Position numbers and translations under genes: made by a program. From Marsupella aquatica (Eukaryota; Plantae; Marchantiophyta): a stretch of 64,000 nt of DNA. The notes under the pieces are model-generated. The model worked only from the letters and a program-made list of their open reading frames with translations, made no database searches and was not told the DNA's origin. Numbering within the stretch: the first letter of the stretch is position 1; each line of letters begins with the position of its first letter. Shown here in pieces: positions 21,823-33,160 of this stretch. The stretch lies in the NCBI GenBank assembly GCA_973895155.1, contig OZ316892.1, positions 231,746 to 295,745 of the forward strand. Reading direction: 5' to 3'.

Positions 21823-24800
21823 TCAGTCTGAAAAAAGAGATCCGTATTCATCAATAATGTCAACACCCAGCTCCTCTTGGATTTCAAAATTGACATCTGA
21901 AGTACTTTGTTCTACCCAATAAGGTGACGTCCAAACAGGAGTTATCAATCCCAATTCTCCTCTCTTATACTCCTTCCTGTTAAGAATCGATGGAGCAGCA
22001 TCCAATGAAACTTCTTGGCCTCTATTTGGCCCACTTTTCCACACATAACATCGTGCATCACGTTCAAGTGACCTCCATCCGGTTGATCCAACTCTATTCC
22101 CTTTTTTCTTTGAGAGAGGAAGGACAACTGGACTTCCCGAGTGTGAACGAACAAAAACCAATTTGTCATCAGAAGCTGAAAAGAGTGTGTCAGGACAAAT
22201 TGAAGCACCTGCCTGGTTGTCAACAGTCGCTGATGCACGGGCTTCTGGGGTCATGGGAATCTCACGTACTTCGACAGCCGTCCCGGGAATCAAATTTTGG
22301 GTGTCAGCTTCATTCGAATTGACCTGTCTGTCTCCACCGTCCGCGACCAAATTGGTTGACGAACGATTTTCAAATGTATCAATGTCAATCGGATCATCAA
22401 TTCCATCCGTTTCTCGTTGCACCACATTTGGATTGAGACCATCCTTGTCCAAGTTGTCATCAACCTCAACTTCATAGGGTTCCAAAGGGACGTCATCTGC
22501 ACGTGATGAAGGGCGTGGTGCAAGACCAACGTTATCATCAACATCGTAGGGTTCTATGCTTTCACTTTGACCTACACGGTCATCCAAATTCTTTGCATAC
22601 GCCACCTCTGATGCCCCATCATCTTTGACTGACTTAGCGCCCACTTCTTTGGAATTATCAGCTGATTCATGTTCGGTAGAAACATCCGCAATAGTGGGTT
22701 TCCAATGCCTAGAACTCCCACCACGAGGATCCCAATTTTCCTTGATTGAGGGGACCCTCTCGCAAAAGAATGAAGCATACGCTTCCACAAAGTGTCTCTC
22801 ATCTTGAGAGTCACAATAAACAAAGCATTCGTGTTGCACCAAGAATGCTGTCTTCATCACTTGACCACCCGAGAAAAAATCAAGAATCAAGTCTCCAGCT
22901 TCTGACAAGGATTCAATAATCCTCTGTATCATCCGCGTGGGTTTGGCATGTGGATTCACCCAACCACCACGAGCACCAACTATCTCAAATCGAGGGGCCA
23001 TGTGCAAAACCTTGGTCGCCTCTTCTGGGGTCAGCATCATTTTTAGATCTTCGGGTTTTGACACGTCGTCTATGTCAACCTTTGCCTTCCCAGTGTCAAT
23101 CTTGGTGACCTCAAAATCAGTATCTTTTGAACCAAAAAAGAATTTTGGCTTTGGGTGATTGGGTTTGAAAACATCATTCCAATTCACATTTTCATCTCGA
23201 GAAATTCCTGCGAATATAACTTCTTCAATTCCGCCTCCCCAACACGAATCAAGCGGGTGCGGTTGATCCTCTCGAGAATAACTCCCATACTCAATGTGAA
23301 TGGTGAGAGATTTCTCTTGTCCCAATTTTCGAAGTGAGCTTAGGACATTCATTGCAAGAGGCCCCGGATGAACAGTTATGGCTACAACGATTGTAAGATT
23401 TTGTGGTAGCTCCACAATGTATTGCAGAAAGACCAAAACTTCTGCTTCCGTCCACAGCTTCTGGTGATCTCGACTGAAGTCAACAATGGCAAGTGAGCAC
23501 GTTGGAGATGATTCTTCTATTGCTGGTGGATCAACTGTTTTCATTAGATTGTCACTAAAGAACGTGACCCACGGTTGGCTCCGAGAATGTGTCCCTCCGC
23601 CAAACTTCTGGCAATAAATGTCATCAAGGCGCATCACCAGAGCTATTGGCAAGATTGCACTCTCCCTGGTATGATTTGGCTTCAACAGATTTGACAAAAA
23701 AACTTCACCAGCCGCTCTTCTGCATCTACTGAATTCTGCGTCAACACTCAACAATGGCAGAACCTCTACAACTTTCTTCCAATCGGTATCCGAAGGGAAA
23801 TTCCTTGGATCCTTGCCGAAGTAGTACTCCTCAATGAGAGACTTGAGCTTCCTCACTTTTTTCACATCCTTCGCAAGCTCCTCTATTGAGGGTATGTCAG
23901 ATTTATTTGTGGCATCTTTCTTCAGCAATGCCTTTCCTGACTTCACTTGTGTCAGGATTTTTGTGATGTCTTTCTGTGAGATCAACTCACCATCAAAGGG
24001 ACGAAACATGGCAACGGTAATTGCTTTTTCGGACTTGTTATTTCCTTCCATCCCAGCTCCATCAGGAAGTTTCCCATGCAACCACATCTCACAGACTAAC
24101 CGCCACAACTCAAAAAGATCGTTGTCCGCAAAAAGTAGCCAGTATACATTTCGCAAGTCCTTCCTGCCCATAGTCATTCTTGCCAGAGCCAACCAATCCT
24201 ACAATCCAAAAGGAAAGCTAGTCAGTTATCCCCAACGCAAGGGTTGGAAAAAAAGGATTCTAATGTGTGATAATAGTATTGGATTCGGATGGTCTCAATC
24301 AAAAAGAAAACTCGTACTAAACATTCCAAAAGTTCCAATACTCTTTGACAAATCGTGTCGGACTGAGACCATCCGAATCCAAAATAGAATTACTCTCTAT
24401 GGTAGAGAAATGCATACAAAGTAATCACATTTCTTACCTGAAATTTTTGGTTGTCTTGAGCATTTGTTTTGTTGTCGCCATGTTTTGGTTTGTCTGGATT
24501 TCCACATTCAACAAACTGCCGCCTCGCATGGACAACTGTATCTTTAAAGCAAGATTGAAACACCATCGTGCTATTGATGGTGTTTGATCTCATGGAGTGC
24601 TCAACAAGAATTGAAGACGGTGTGCGATCAGACAATATTCTGGATTTCCTGAATTCTAACTTCTTGGCCAACTGGGTGAGCTTGGCATCCTTCGTTGCCC
24701 AATCACGAATCCATCTCGCAGCTCTCGCAGAGTGCTGACCACTAACGGCTAGAAATTGGACCTCGCCCTTTTTCACTCCGGCCAAAAAATCCTTCCGGTC

Positions 24801-26884
24801 CGACTCCGTATTCTCAAAGTGGAGTACCTTTCTTCGCTCGACGTTAAAAGGAATCAAATCAGCGACATGTGGCTCATGCCCAGGTGTTTTGATCATGGAA
24901 TCAGCAATGTCTTGCACATGATCAAAATTCATCATCCGATAGCATAGTCTCGCTGGTGCGGCAAAAATACTTTCAACTGGGATCAGAAAAATTTCGTTTA
25001 TCCCAAAAGTATAGTACTGCTCCATTTGTTGAAGAACTTCATTCCCTTCTAAGACGTCTTTCTCCTCTGGAGCATGTGGCCTATCACCCTCATCTTCAGC
25101 ATGTAATGAAAAATCTATAGGAGTTGAATTCACAACTCCGGTGTCGGTTTTTTGTTTCTTCTTCTCCCTCGACTTCTTCTCGGCTGGAAGCTTCTTCTTC
25201 TCGGCTGGAAGCTTCTTCTTCTCGGCTGGAGCCGTGATCTTCTTCTCAACTGAAGTAGGTTTCTCAACCAGAAGCTTCTTCTCCCTCTGCTTTCGCTTCC
25301 CTGCCGCTCTATCCATGGTTGTTGTTGCAGTAGTTTGTGCTGTCTCCGTCGTAGTTGCTGGAGTTCCTTTGGCTGGCGTAGACTCAATTATTTTCTGTGG
25401 TTGTGTACTTTTCCTCAACTTCACCAAAGACTCTACCCATAGATTTGCTTTTTCCAGGTCAAGCGTGTGTGCAAAGGCTAGTGCCTTGGCGATCCAAACA
25501 TTTGAGTCTGGTGACACCAGACCTGCTTTCTCAAGCAAATTGTTAAGAGTCCATGTGGATGGAAGAGAGAACTTTGATGGGTTGTTTACAATGTTGAGTT
25601 TCAAATAAAGAAACCCATAAAAAATGTCCAAAGGAAGCATTCCCTTCAGTCCTCCAATAATCTTCTCCTTTGTGTAGGATTTTGGAAAGAATCCCATCGA
25701 CAACACACTTAATTCCCCACTTGCATACCATTCCACATTGAACTCGGTCGAGAAAGCCTTTGTGGGGAGCTGCAACTTTGCCCACCTCATCGTGTCCGAC
25801 ACCTCTACAATGATAGAATTCATTCCTCTTCCTATCATTCCCACAGAGACCACGGGTCCGATGACCAATGTTTGGTTGTTGCCTGTCCTGATCTTGACAC
25901 ATAACACTGGATCCTGAATGTTAAATGAATTCAGGCGGAAGTTAACTCGCGAGAACTCAAGTCCCCACCGAAATCCTGGATCGCGGTCCTCCAAAATGAG
26001 CCCATCGTCGCAGTCTGCCTCTGAAATGGCGAGAGTTGTATTCACCAGATCACTCTCTGCATTGGAGAGTGAAAATTCATATTAGACTTCAAATCCATGA
26101 AATTTGTTTTAAGAAATCATTGTCAAAGTGAGATTGAAGGCTCTTGGATTCGGACCATCCGAATCCAATACAAGAAGCCCACTTGGATTCAGATGGTCCG
26201 AATCCAAACAACCCTCTTAGATTCGGACCATCTGAATCCAATCAAGCCACTTGGATTTGGACCATCCGAATCCAAACAACCCACTTGGATTCGGATGGTC
26301 CGAATCCAAACAACCCTCTTGGATTCAGACCATCCGAATCCAATCAAGCCACTTGGATTCGGACCATCCAAATCCAAACAACCCACTTGGATTCGGATGG
26401 TCCGAATCCAAACAACCCTCTTGGATTTGGATGGTCCGAATTTAAACAACCCTCTTAGATTCAGACCATCCGAATCCAAACAACCGACTTGGATTCGGAT
26501 GGTCCGAATCCAAACAACGCTCTTGGATTTGGACCATCCAAATCCAAACAACCCACTTGGATTCGGATGGTCCGAATCCAAACAACCCTCTTGGATTTGG
26601 ATGGTCCGAATTTAAACAACCCTCTTAGATTCAGACCATCCGAATCCAAACAACCCACTTGGATTCGGATGGTCCGAATCCAAACAACGCTCTTGGATTT
26701 GGACCATCCGAATCCAACAACTTAAGATGCATGAATAAACCTCCGGGAACTTACTTTGGACTTGAGATTGAAATTCTTGGGAATCCCTAAGCACTAGGGC
26801 CACAAGATCACCGACAGAGGAGAGATCCAAGTCATCAGATTCTTCGGCGAGTAGGACGATGACGGTTTTCTTGGAAACTTCCAT
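21823..26884 (-). CDS. Spliced cargo gene (about 1374 aa): ParB/Srx-like domain plus N4C/N6A DNA methyltransferase-like domain. Exons 26884-26755, 26056-24438, 24198-21823
   Basis: Introns GTAAGT..TGCAG (phase 1) and GTAAGA..TGTAG (phase 0) join three ORFs in frame. ParB-like IPVESI...HVQDIADSM...FLAVSGQHSARAAR; MTase-like HAKPTRMIQRIIESLSEAGDLILDFFSGG. Confidence 0.72.
25168..25230 (-). repeat. 21-bp coding tandem repeat (PAEKKKL-like x3)
   Basis: TTCTTCTTCTCGGCTGGAAGC-like unit repeated within the Lys-rich linker of the cargo gene. Confidence 0.8.
26144..26717. repeat. Array of 17 copies of a 25-bp palindrome, 34-bp period, in intron 1 of the cargo gene
   Basis: TTGGATTCGGA-(CCA/TGG)-TCCGAATCCAA separated mostly by 9-bp ACAACCC(T/A)C linkers; counted by eye. 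Confidence 0.95.
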
Positions 26885-27009
26885 TTTTAGGAGTGACACG
26901 TGGCAGGATATACTGAGGACACGTCAAGATGGGCAAGATCTAGGGCGTTGCAGTAGATTAGGGCAAGAAGGCAATTAGGGCAAGGGCAAGGGATATCAGC
27001 GGCAGCCAG

Positions 27010-27232
27010 CCAAGAGCGAGAGCGAGGAGCGAGAATGAGGAGCTAGAGCGAGAGCGAGGAGCGAGAGGGAGGAGCGAGAGTGAGGAGCGACAGAGAGAAA
27101 ACAACAATGAGGTCTGTGGAAGACCTCATCCTCCCTTTACCCCCTCCTGAAAGGCTTGTTTGCGTACGGATGATCGCTGCACGGATCATCTCTGTACGGA
27201 TCATCTCTGTACGGATCATCTCTGTACGGATA
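27010..27232. promoter_or_regulatory. Putative bidirectional promoter region with GA-rich tract and 15-bp repeats
   Basis: GAGCGAGAG/GAGGAGCGAG repeats and about four GTACGGATCATCTCT-like units between the divergent genes. The function is inferred from position only. Confidence 0.4.
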
Positions 27233-27882
27233 GAGACCAAGAAGGGATCTGGTCCTATCAGTTTGGGTGGGACGCTAGCTGTATTGTCTGACACAATGGA
27301 TTGAAAAAGGATTGGATGATTGTTCTAACCGCGATACTCGGTGTTGCCTCAACCTTATCGGATCGCACATTCAGGGCCGAACATACCAACCCACGAGTAT
27401 AAGAGGTACTCTACGGACATCATTGTTGTTTTAGTTTCATATCTTCACTTGGGCATCCAGGTCTGCGCAACTCCTCCTCAGCTCTTCTCTCTGATGGAGT
27501 TTAGACTTGAAGTGGCTTTGATAGCTTTCTTAGTCAGATTGATATGAACTTATTCATCAATTTAGAGGTAGCAGAGCCAACCTTGGAGACATACTGGAAA
27601 AACAAGACTGCTGAGGTGAGTTATGGTCTTAGTCGCTTTGCTTATTTTGAGTTCTTAGGGAAGAGAGACGAACCCTTTCACTTTGTTCTGCATTCTAGTG
27701 ACTTCCCAATTATTATTTCACGAATTACCCAATGTTCCGAAAAACCCGGAATGTCTAAATTTGATTAGGAAGAGATCTCAATCTCAATATATCCATCTCA
27801 ACATAATCTTCATTGTGGAGTTAGACCATTTGAATCCAGACTTGATGTGTGGATTATAATGGTCCTAATCCTAGATTGTTGT

Positions 27883-29010
27883 TTGGATTCGGATGATCCA
27901 AATCCAATCCATTTCTAGGATTGGGACCATCTGATCAGATTCCAATCTTGGTTTGGATTCGGATGGTCCGAATCCAAGAGGGTGTGTTGGTCCGAATCCA
28001 ACCGTGCAATGCTTAAATTGTGACCTTTGGGATCCAATCTCGGTTTGGATTCGGACCATCCCAATCCAAGCGAGATGGTAAATACAGTCTGGTTTTTGAT
28101 TTGGATGGTCCGAATCCAAGAGGGTGTGTTGGATTCGGACCATCCGAATCCAAGCGTGCAATGCTTAAATTGTGGCCTTTGGGATCCAATCTCGGTTTGG
28201 ATTCGGACCATCCCAATCCAAGCAAGATGGTTGAATTTGGGCGTTTTAAATACAGTCTGGTTTTGGATTCGGATGGTCCTAATCCAAGAGGGTGTGTTGG
28301 ATTCGGACCATCCGAATCCAAGCGTGCAATGCTTAAATTGTGACCTTTGGGATCCAATCTCAGTTTGGATTCGGACCATCCCAATCCAAGCGAGATGGTT
28401 GAATTTGGGCGTTTTAAATACAGTCTGGTTTTGGATTCAGATGGTCCGAATCCAAGAGGGTGTGTTGGATTCGGACCATCCGAATCCAAGCGTGCAATGC
28501 TTAAATTGTGACCTTTGGGATCCAATCTCAGTTTGGATTCGGACCATCCCAATCCAAGCGAGATGGTTGAATTTGGGCGTTTGAAATACAGTCTGGTTTT
28601 GGATTCGGACCATCCCAATCCAAGCCGGTTTGTTGAATTGGGACCTTCGGGATAGAATCTGTGTTTGGATTCGGACCATCCGAATCCAAGATGGTGGGTT
28701 GGATTCGGACCTTTGAAATACAATCTGGTTTTGGATTCGGACCATCCGAATCCAAGCCCGGTGCTCAAATTGGGACCTTTGAAATAAAATCTGGGTTTGG
28801 ATTCGGACCATCCCAATCCAAGCGCGTTTGTTGAATTGGGACCTTTGGGATCCCATCTGGGTTTGGATTCGGACCATCCAAATCCAAGAGGGTGTGTTGG
28901 ATAGAGGTTGGTTTGGATTCGGACGATCCCAATTCAAGCGAGATGCTTAAATTTGACCTTCGGAATAAAATCTTCATGGTTTTGATTTGGACCACCGGCC
29001 CCAATCCAAG
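27883..29010. repeat. Second array (about 19 copies) of the same 25-bp palindrome with a 168-bp higher-order unit, in the putative 5' intron of the transposase gene
   Basis: Units at 34/66/68-bp spacing; higher-order repeat at 28197, 28365 and 28533; lies between donor GAG|GTGAGT (27616) and acceptor TGTGCAG| (29132). Confidence 0.92.
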
Positions 29011-29148
29011 CGTGATAGTTGAGCCAATGTTTGGATTCTCGGAATGGCAATCAAATGACCGTATGGATAATTGTGAGTCTCTTCAAATTCTTGTCATTCG
29101 GATTTGTGATGGTTTTTCTGAAAATTGTGCAGGTTACTAAATCCGAGA

Positions 29149-32100
29149 ATGACTGGAAGGTTTTCAAGAGGTGATGATGTGACCTTGACAATTGATGGAT
29201 ATGATGTCGGTTGTGGGACAGTTCAGAAAATTAACCCCCAGGATAGGGTGCACAACATATTGTTGGGGGATAATCGAATTGGTGTGCTCGTGGAGAAGGT
29301 TTTCGAGCCAACTCGAAAACTACCATTTCCACTACCAAGGGTAGAAAATCTTTTTGATGCCATTGACTCATGTGTTATTTGGGAGATCTCGTGCGCGTAT
29401 CTCTCTATAACTCTAGATTCCCAAAAACGCATCAGTACTGGTAGTTGTTCAACTCGACCAGATAATAACTTGGATAAATCTCCTACAATTGTTATGGAGG
29501 ATGCATCAAACACTCTAAGGCAAGGGGACGAGGTTGAAATGCTCATTGATGGGTGTTGTGTAGCCCTTGGAGTTATTTTCAAGGTAAATCCAAAGGACCG
29601 ATGTCACAACATATTACTTGGTGAGTCTCGGATCAGTGTGAAAATCACTGATGTTATTCATGGTAGTAAGGCTTTACCTTACATACACAATGGGGCTGAA
29701 ACAATTGAAGAGGCAAAAGACTCATGGGTTCTCTGGGACTTGGCCGATGTTCATAAAAAAGGTTGGAATGTTGATGAAGGTAGAAAGTCTTCCTCTAAGA
29801 AGCAAGGTGATGGCGACGTTTTAATTGAGGAGAGTTTTGTCTCACATTCTCCATCAACAAAATCGACCAAAACTCATTCTGATTATTACCAACGGTCCAA
29901 TTGGATGTCAGAGTTGGTCGAATTATACATTGGTTCAGGACGATCGAGTAAGGTTGCCACTGGGACTATCACTGTGCCTCAAGCAACGGCGGCTGTTGAT
30001 GATGAAATCCTGGGAGAAGACTATGTAGGGGTTGCTGTGAAAGATGTCATGGAATCGCAATACTTTCCAAGCATTCACAAGGGAGTAATTAGTTTGGTTC
30101 GATGGCGAATTGATCACACAAAACTAGTAGCAACTGGAAAATTTTTGTCAGACATTCTGGTAGAAGGTACAGAGAATATGGAGTCAATGGATAGGGATGA
30201 TCTGAATCCGGATCATGTGGTTGGATCCGCATCCGGATGTCGTCAAAGGCCATATAACTTCAACAAGAGGAATCAAGTTGATCCTGTTGAGAAGAAAAGG
30301 AGGCTCTTGCAAACCAAGGCAGTTTCAAAAACAACAGAAGCCGCAATTGATGAGATCAAAAGAGTAAATTGCTGCAAGCATAAATGTTGTCTCATTATGC
30401 CAAGGGAAGATATAGAAGATGTTAGGATGGAATTTCACGGGATGTCTAGCGAGTCCAAAACATCACACATTTTCAACCTCTTCCACTACAGAGAGGATGA
30501 TGTTCGTGATAAGGGACACCATGTTCTCAAAGGTATGGTCATCTGTAAAGATGCATTTGCAACCATCCATGGTTTTAGTCACACCAAGTATTATGATTAC
30601 AAGAGAAGATACATGGAGGGTTGCAAAATTGGGTTCCATGGGAACACAGGCTTGAAGAAAACAAGGTCAAATACCTTGCATGTGCGAGCTCTTCTAGAGG
30701 CATTTCTGACTCAAAATGCAGAGCCAATGCCTCATATGCCTTATGGAGGGGCTCATGGGACAAACAGCATTGAGTATCGACTTCCAGCGTGTTACAAAAA
30801 GTTAGAGATTTTGGAAGATGTGAGAACAAAGATGAAGGAAGAAGGGCTTCCTCCTGTTACGGATAACACTCTCTACAAGATATGGAGCACATCATTTGCA
30901 AACTTCAGTTTTCACAAGGATGGCGCATTTGCCAAGTGTACGCTTTGTTGTGAATACAAAGACAGTTTGATGCGAGAGAGAAGGAAAAAAGAACGTGCTG
31001 AAATTGAAGAAAAAAGAGCTCAACATCTTCGTGAGCAAATGTCACGTAGATATGTTTACTACGCTCATCGAGTGATGGCCAAGCAACATCCAGGAGAATA
31101 TCTTTGCATTATTCATGACAAGATGGATCAAGCAAAGACATGGATTCCAAAAATGGTTAGTACTCCTAAATCACTTTCGGGTCATGGAATGCCGCTACCT
31201 ATCGCTCTCACGGGGATGTTGACCCACGGGAGAGATCCAGGAGTATATGCACACTTTAGTGTCACTGGCCTTTGGCCAGGAGATGCAGATTTCACAGTGA
31301 CATCCTTGGCTAAGTGTCTTCGAGATCTTGAAGAGTACAATGGAGACAAGACAGGTGACATGCTTGATGGCTTGCATTGGGAACCTCACAGACCTTTCTT
31401 TCAAGCCCTACTTGACTTTGATGCATTTTTGTCAGGATATTTGGAACCAAAGAATATTCAAGTAAATAGGTATATTGGTTCTGAAGATGGAGCTGCCGAC
31501 AGTCAGACTGAGACCATCCCAACCCGACAGGATGAGGATGATGGAGGGGACGTGGGTGGTGAGAAGGGCAGTCCGTTGTTCATGCCCTTGCCAAGGCACC
31601 TAACATTGCAAATGGATAATTCAGCAAAGGACAACAAAAACCAAACGGTCATGGCATTTTGCTCGGAGCTTGTGAGTAGAGGAATATTTGAAACTGTTCA
31701 AATGTCCTTTCTAATGGTTGGTCATACGCACGAAGATGTTGATGCACTATTTTCCAAGGTATCATATCAAGTTCAGCACAAGGAAGTTGCAACCCTTCTT
31801 GCACTAATGGCAGAGGTTTGGGAATGTGAGAGCATTCATCCAGTTCCAAGATTGATACAAGAAGTTGCATCTTACAAAGAATATCTTCAAAGTTTTAAGG
31901 TCAAAGATATTCAAGGTCACTCAAAACCGGTATCATTTCTTTTCTCTATGAGAGATAATGTACCAATATTTCAGTATAAGTCCCATGTTAAGCAAGCTTG
32001 GGCTCCCGTTGGCGGAAGGTGCATTTGGGCAACTGATCCAATAACAAATTCTCTTCTTTTACCCAGTGGACAACCCTTAGCTAAATCCATAGGAGAGATA

Positions 32101-32940
32101 CACAAAAAATCAGAAGAGATAATCCCATTCCTTAACAAGTACCTTGATTTTTTGAGAAGGAGTTGCATTGATGAGACGTCAATAGCATACAAGGAAAGAT
32201 TTCCTCTTGTTAAATATTGGGAAAGAATTGTGGAGCTGTTGTCAAATGGGCTTGCAATGGAAGGGGAGGGAAATAATCAATTTCCATTGAAAAATGGATT
32301 TTGGCCTAAGACTAACCACAGCACTGGTTACAAGGTCAACCAATCGGCATGCGAACAGAGTGGTCCTCTAAGTGAAGATGAGGAGAATGCAGAGATGACA
32401 GCTCTTCAAAATGAAGTCTTGGAAGAGATGGAAGATCAAGCAGCACCATTTGTTGGATCTCGAGCTGAGAGAGAACAAGGACAGTGGATTCCCCTCCAGG
32501 ATATTTGTGAAGGAAACTTTGTGTTTCTTCGACCCGAGGATGATTGGGAGAAGAAAAATGGTGGAGGTCATTTCTGGTTGGTGAGAGCTTTGGGTCAGGT
32601 GGACCCTAAGCATGAAGTCCCAATTGCATCTTCAAGAGACCCTCCTTTGACTCAACAATATGCTCCAATGTTCCCCGTGGAATGGTGGAGGCCTAAACAC
32701 TCTAAACTTGATGTGAGTGAGAGTGCTAGGTATCTCAATTGTTTCATGTCCACCAAGACATGGGAACGAGATCCAGGATTTGGTGAGAACACTCAACATT
32801 GGCAGTATGCAAATTCTGCAATGTATGGTTTTAAATCTGGAATGAAGGAAGAAAACATGGTTGGCAGAGGTTTGAAGATTCCTCGAAATGTTCTACAAAC
32901 TGTCCAAAGTTATCTCCAAAGGATGGACAAGTACACTTAG
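29149..32940 (+). CDS. Sola/DUF7869-type DDD transposase with three N-terminal repeated domains
   Basis: Uninterrupted ORF with ATG at 29149. Cys/His motifs CCKHKC and FAKCTLCC..H; catalytic-like IIHDKMDQ, LQMDNSAKDNKN and FLMVGHTHEDVDALFS. Confidence 0.85.
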   Translation: MTGRFSRGDDVTLTIDGYDVGCGTVQKINPQDRVHNILLGDNRIGVLVEKVFEPTRKLPFPLPRVENLFDAIDSCVIWEISCAYLSITLDSQKRISTGSCSTRPDNNLDKSPTIVMEDASNTLRQGDEVEMLIDGCCVALGVIFKVNPKDRCHNILLGESRISVKITDVIHGSKALPYIHNGAETIEEAKDSWVLWDLADVHKKGWNVDEGRKSSSKKQGDGDVLIEESFVSHSPSTKSTKTHSDYYQRSNWMSELVELYIGSGRSSKVATGTITVPQATAAVDDEILGEDYVGVAVKDVMESQYFPSIHKGVISLVRWRIDHTKLVATGKFLSDILVEGTENMESMDRDDLNPDHVVGSASGCRQRPYNFNKRNQVDPVEKKRRLLQTKAVSKTTEAAIDEIKRVNCCKHKCCLIMPREDIEDVRMEFHGMSSESKTSHIFNLFHYREDDVRDKGHHVLKGMVICKDAFATIHGFSHTKYYDYKRRYMEGCKIGFHGNTGLKKTRSNTLHVRALLEAFLTQNAEPMPHMPYGGAHGTNSIEYRLPACYKKLEILEDVRTKMKEEGLPPVTDNTLYKIWSTSFANFSFHKDGAFAKCTLCCEYKDSLMRERRKKERAEIEEKRAQHLREQMSRRYVYYAHRVMAKQHPGEYLCIIHDKMDQAKTWIPKMVSTPKSLSGHGMPLPIALTGMLTHGRDPGVYAHFSVTGLWPGDADFTVTSLAKCLRDLEEYNGDKTGDMLDGLHWEPHRPFFQALLDFDAFLSGYLEPKNIQVNRYIGSEDGAADSQTETIPTRQDEDDGGDVGGEKGSPLFMPLPRHLTLQMDNSAKDNKNQTVMAFCSELVSRGIFETVQMSFLMVGHTHEDVDALFSKVSYQVQHKEVATLLALMAEVWECESIHPVPRLIQEVASYKEYLQSFKVKDIQGHSKPVSFLFSMRDNVPIFQYKSHVKQAWAPVGGRCIWATDPITNSLLLPSGQPLAKSIGEIHKKSEEIIPFLNKYLDFLRRSCIDETSIAYKERFPLVKYWERIVELLSNGLAMEGEGNNQFPLKNGFWPKTNHSTGYKVNQSACEQSGPLSEDEENAEMTALQNEVLEEMEDQAAPFVGSRAEREQGQWIPLQDICEGNFVFLRPEDDWEKKNGGGHFWLVRALGQVDPKHEVPIASSRDPPLTQQYAPMFPVEWWRPKHSKLDVSESARYLNCFMSTKTWERDPGFGENTQHWQYANSAMYGFKSGMKEENMVGRGLKIPRNVLQTVQSYLQRMDKYT

Positions 32941-33160
32941 TTGTCACTAGCTAAGATATAATTAGATAGTTACTAGTTTTTATGTAAGAGTTATATATAT
33001 TGTGAGACCATGCCATTGAGTGTTTAGTTACTTAGTAGACTATCTACTCATTTTCTAAACTTTTGATTATTATGAATATGAATGTTTATTTTTTCTGCAT
33101 AATTAAAAATATTTTTTATTAATTTCTTTATTTTAAATGATTACAATAAAAGTTTTCAGG

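Noticed and set aside
23520-23540. DPPA (KTVDPPAIEE) as the MTase catalytic DPPY motif
   Set aside because: It lacks the preceding hydrophobic beta-strand and the aromatic residue; SLAIVDFSR fits that position better. Not excluded without a structure model.
26097-28937. ORFs with WIRMVRIQ / LDSDHPNP / LGFGWSES repeats
   Set aside because: They are translations of the palindrome arrays, open on both strands and in several frames, inside predicted introns.
26144-29010. CRISPR-like array (palindromic repeats at regular spacing)
   Set aside because: Linkers are short and themselves repeated, there are no cas genes, and the context is eukaryotic and intronic.
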